Assembly: GCA_963702205.1 (NCBI GenBank)
Contig: OY969724.1
Location: 3,424,001 to 3,488,000 of the forward strand
Length of the DNA: 64,000 bases
DNA from: an uncultured candidate division Zixibacteria bacterium
GTDB lineage: Bacteria; Zixibacteria; MSB-5A5; GN15; PGXB01
Direction: 5' to 3'
This document shows positions 61,763 through 64,000 of this stretch, one piece after another. Position numbers and translations under genes: made by a program. Position 1 is the first letter of the stretch; each line of letters starts with the position of its first letter. The notes beneath the pieces were generated by a model that saw only the letters and a list, made by a program, of their open reading frames with translations, searched no databases and was not told the origin of the DNA.

Positions 61763-63358
61763 ATGAGAAAAACAAAATATCTCTTTTATATCCCAATACT
61801 CCTCTGCCTGCTGATCGCGATGGCTTCCGCGCAAACGACCTGGCAAATGCAAAATGACAATTTTGCCATAACGCCCGGTTCTCCCGTCGGCGGAGGCGGC
61901 ACCAGCACCTCTGCAGGATATATAGTTGTCGGTTCAGTCGGAGGAAGTGTCGCGGGTGCCTCGGTATCGGTCGGCCATTTTGCATCCGGCGGCGTTATGG
62001 CGGGCGCCTTTGCGCGAGCCGGAAGCATTGCCAGCCCCGTCGCCATGCCCGACGCCAGTTATCGCGTGATAGGCGTGCCGGTTAATATTCTGGGTGAGTG
62101 CGACGCCGACCACGTCCTCGCCGACGATCTCGGCGGCTACGATATCAAATACTGGCGCTTCGGACGCTATGATAACGGCGACGATGCAACCTATGAGCAC
62201 GGCTCCGGGTCGCTTCCGGACATAACCCCTGGCCTCGGATACTGGCTGATCGCCCGTGGCTCGAAGACAATCGACGCCACCGGTCTGCCGGTTATGCCCA
62301 ACGTCACCATTGGCAGCAATGATTATTATATTTCCGAATCTCCCGAACTGACCCTCGCCGTCGGCTGGCATCAACTTGCGAATCCGTTCGGGTTTGCCAT
62401 TAATTGGGCCGATGTCCGCTATAAATCGGGTATATCGATTCTCGGAGCCATGAGCGGCGTCGTGCAAGGTGGCGATATTTACATTTATCAGGATGGAAGC
62501 TGGACCACTCCTGATATTATTCCCGCTTGGGGTGGCTTCTTCGTTTATGTGATACCCGACGGAATTGAGCCTGTCTTCCCGTACTCGCCGGCAGTCGTTC
62601 TGGCCCCGTCAAGGAATAATACGCCGATCGCCTCCGTCTCCGAAGACAACTGGACCATCGACCTGGCTTTAAAAAACGGAACATGGGTCGACGCCGGAAA
62701 TCATGTCGGCGTGCGCAATACGGCCCAGGCCGGCTTGGATCATACCGACCTGCTCAAGCCTCCTCCGGCTCCAGGCATGCCGATGCTGGCCATGACCGTC
62801 GAAAACGAAAAACCGGCGCTTTCCGCCGATTACCGGCGACCGTTCAGCAGCGGCGACACCTGGCATTTGCGTTTCTCGGACGGTGAAAATCGAATACTTG
62901 TGCTGACCGGTCTCGATCAGATTCCAGGCGGTATGCAGGCCTGGCTTATTTTCGACGATGAAAACCGCGTTTCGCCGGTTGAGGGCGGCGAAATAATTCT
63001 TAAGGCCGAAACTAAAGGCGCCGAGCTTGTAATCGGAACCGAAGAATATCTCGCTTATCGGATTGGAGACCTGGTGCCCAAAGACTTCGCTCTGCACCAG
63101 AACTATCCCAACCCGTTCAACCCGACCACGACCATACGGTTCGATCTTCCAAACGAGGCCATGGTCCGGCTCGATATTTACAACATACTCGGCCGCAAAG
63201 TACAAACTTTGATCGATCAACCCATGCCGCCCGGCTATCACAGTGTCGACTGGGACGGCAGCGACAGCAATGGCCGCACTATCGCCAGCGGGATCTATTT
63301 CTATCGTCTGGCCGCGGGCGATACAGTCGCCAAAAGGAAAATGGTCCTGCTGAAATAA
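61763..63358 (+). CDS. Secreted protein with C-terminal FlgD-Ig/T9SS-CTD-like domain
   Basis: AGGAG RBS; LHQNYPNPFNPTTTI..IYNILG..WDG..ASGIYFYRL..KMVLLK. Confidence 0.85.
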   Translation: MRKTKYLFYIPILLCLLIAMASAQTTWQMQNDNFAITPGSPVGGGGTSTSAGYIVVGSVGGSVAGASVSVGHFASGGVMAGAFARAGSIASPVAMPDASYRVIGVPVNILGECDADHVLADDLGGYDIKYWRFGRYDNGDDATYEHGSGSLPDITPGLGYWLIARGSKTIDATGLPVMPNVTIGSNDYYISESPELTLAVGWHQLANPFGFAINWADVRYKSGISILGAMSGVVQGGDIYIYQDGSWTTPDIIPAWGGFFVYVIPDGIEPVFPYSPAVVLAPSRNNTPIASVSEDNWTIDLALKNGTWVDAGNHVGVRNTAQAGLDHTDLLKPPPAPGMPMLAMTVENEKPALSADYRRPFSSGDTWHLRFSDGENRILVLTGLDQIPGGMQAWLIFDDENRVSPVEGGEIILKAETKGAELVIGTEEYLAYRIGDLVPKDFALHQNYPNPFNPTTTIRFDLPNEAMVRLDIYNILGRKVQTLIDQPMPPGYHSVDWDGSDSNGRTIASGIYFYRLAAGDTVAKRKMVLLK

Positions 63359-63377
63359 TTCTCGAAATGTTCTGATT

Positions 63378-63409
63378 AAAACCCGGATCATCACCGACCC
63401 GGGTTTTTT
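63378..63409 (+). terminator. Intrinsic terminator
   Basis: aaaacccgg/ccgggtttttt. Confidence 0.7.
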
Positions 63410-63417
63410 ATTTGTAA

Positions 63418-63516
63418 TGTTCCGTCAAGTGTTGATCCCCGCGCTGCCATTCAAAACTTGTTCGGAACAAAAAGTTCCGTCAGGTGCTGATCCCGACGAA
63501 GTCGGGATTGACACCT
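63418..63516. repeat. Two family A REP-like hairpins; the second (63474-63516) ends abruptly at ...acacCT where the IS begins
   Basis: gttccgtcaggtgctgatcccgacgaagtcgggattgacacct lacks the gacgg present in intact copies. Confidence 0.8.
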
Positions 63517-63559
63517 TGTATCTTTGCGTCTGTTTATATATTAGCTATACTTTGCATAT

Positions 63560-63735
63560 AATTAGGGAGATCTTCGGAATGTTCAAAGATCTCCCGGTGG
63601 TGCCGAGATCGTTGACACCTGGGGCTTGCAAGCCCGTCGTCAGCATGATCCGGCATCATATATTCAGGTGTTAACCCGAACAGTCGCAAGGGACATTGTA
63701 CAACAATGAGCCCGTAATTGCAAGGAAGGGATTTC
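63560..63735 (+). ncRNA. Candidate IS110 bridge RNA
   Basis: 5' hairpin 63565-63595; loop with TTGACACCT and CGTCAG flanking a hairpin; second loop with ACAGTCGC and TGCAAG flanking a hairpin; TTGCGT-16-TATACT upstream. Confidence 0.75.
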
Positions 63736-63736
63736 C

Positions 63737-64000
63737 ATGAAGAATTTTGTTGGCATTGATGTCGCCAAGGGTCACATTGATCTGTATGACACAGAGACCC
63801 AACGGCATGTCCGATTTGAGAACAATCGGTCGGGCATCAGCGAGGGTGTCGAGCAGTTGACCGGATTGCAGGCTGATCTGATCGTGATTGAGAGCACCGG
63901 TGGTTACGAGTATGACTTGGTCATCGCGTTGGATGAGGCGTCATTGCCGGTAGTGGTTGTCAACCCGCGTCAGGTTCGTGATTTTGGTCGGGCCGTTGGT
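63737..64000 (+). CDS. IS110-family transposase/recombinase, N-terminal 88 codons (not in ORF track)
   Basis: MKNFVGIDVAKGHID...FENN..G...IVIESTGGYE...VVNPRQVRDF: GIDVAK, ESTG, NP motifs of the DEDD RuvC-like domain. Confidence 0.95.
   Translation, partial: MKNFVGIDVAKGHIDLYDTETQRHVRFENNRSGISEGVEQLTGLQADLIVIESTGGYEYDLVIALDEASLPVVVVNPRQVRDFGRAVG

Larger units (their letters stand above)
63517..64000 (+). mobile_element. IS110-family element, left part (continues beyond the window)
   Basis: Starts after a CT core inside a REP-like repeat; 220-nt non-coding left end, then a DEDD transposase. Confidence 0.88.

Noticed and set aside
63417..63674. 85-aa plus-strand ORF
   Set aside because: Crosses the repeats and the IS junction, so it is a chance ORF

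Overview
A 64-kb window of a bacterial chromosome with moderately GC-rich coding sequence. Seven secreted proteins carry a paired-EF-hand dockerin-like module (GDxNxDxxxNLLDILYLI) and one has a FlgD/CTD-type tail, which suggests an FCB-group organism such as candidate phylum Zixibacteria (inference only). Housekeeping and accessory genes include a MacA/MacB-permease/TolC efflux set, GT-C-type glycosyltransferases, a divergent GlpX, two hybrid histidine kinases, an rrf2-dsrMK-like redox operon, SSADH, an isolated aceE, MFS and DMT transporters, a tricorn-like S41 protease, a beta-propeller kinase with an NtrC-type partner, M6, M14 and trypsin-like dockerin peptidases, a heterodimeric ABC exporter and a Ser/Thr-kinase operon. 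The strongest signal is at the right edge: an IS110-family element inserted at a CT core inside one copy of a palindromic REP-like repeat. Its left non-coding end folds like a bridge RNA whose guides match the interrupted repeat (target TTGACAC-CT-GACG) and predict the donor junction (ACAGTCG-CT-TGTA). Other signals not in the ORF track are a leader-peptide attenuator before the ABC exporter, a candidate sigma54-driven sRNA, a cassette with a 28-aa hydrophobic ORF between two 164-bp repeats, a riboswitch-like MFS leader, a frameshifted membrane gene and an SGNH protein lacking its catalytic residues. No tRNA, rRNA or CRISPR array was recognised.
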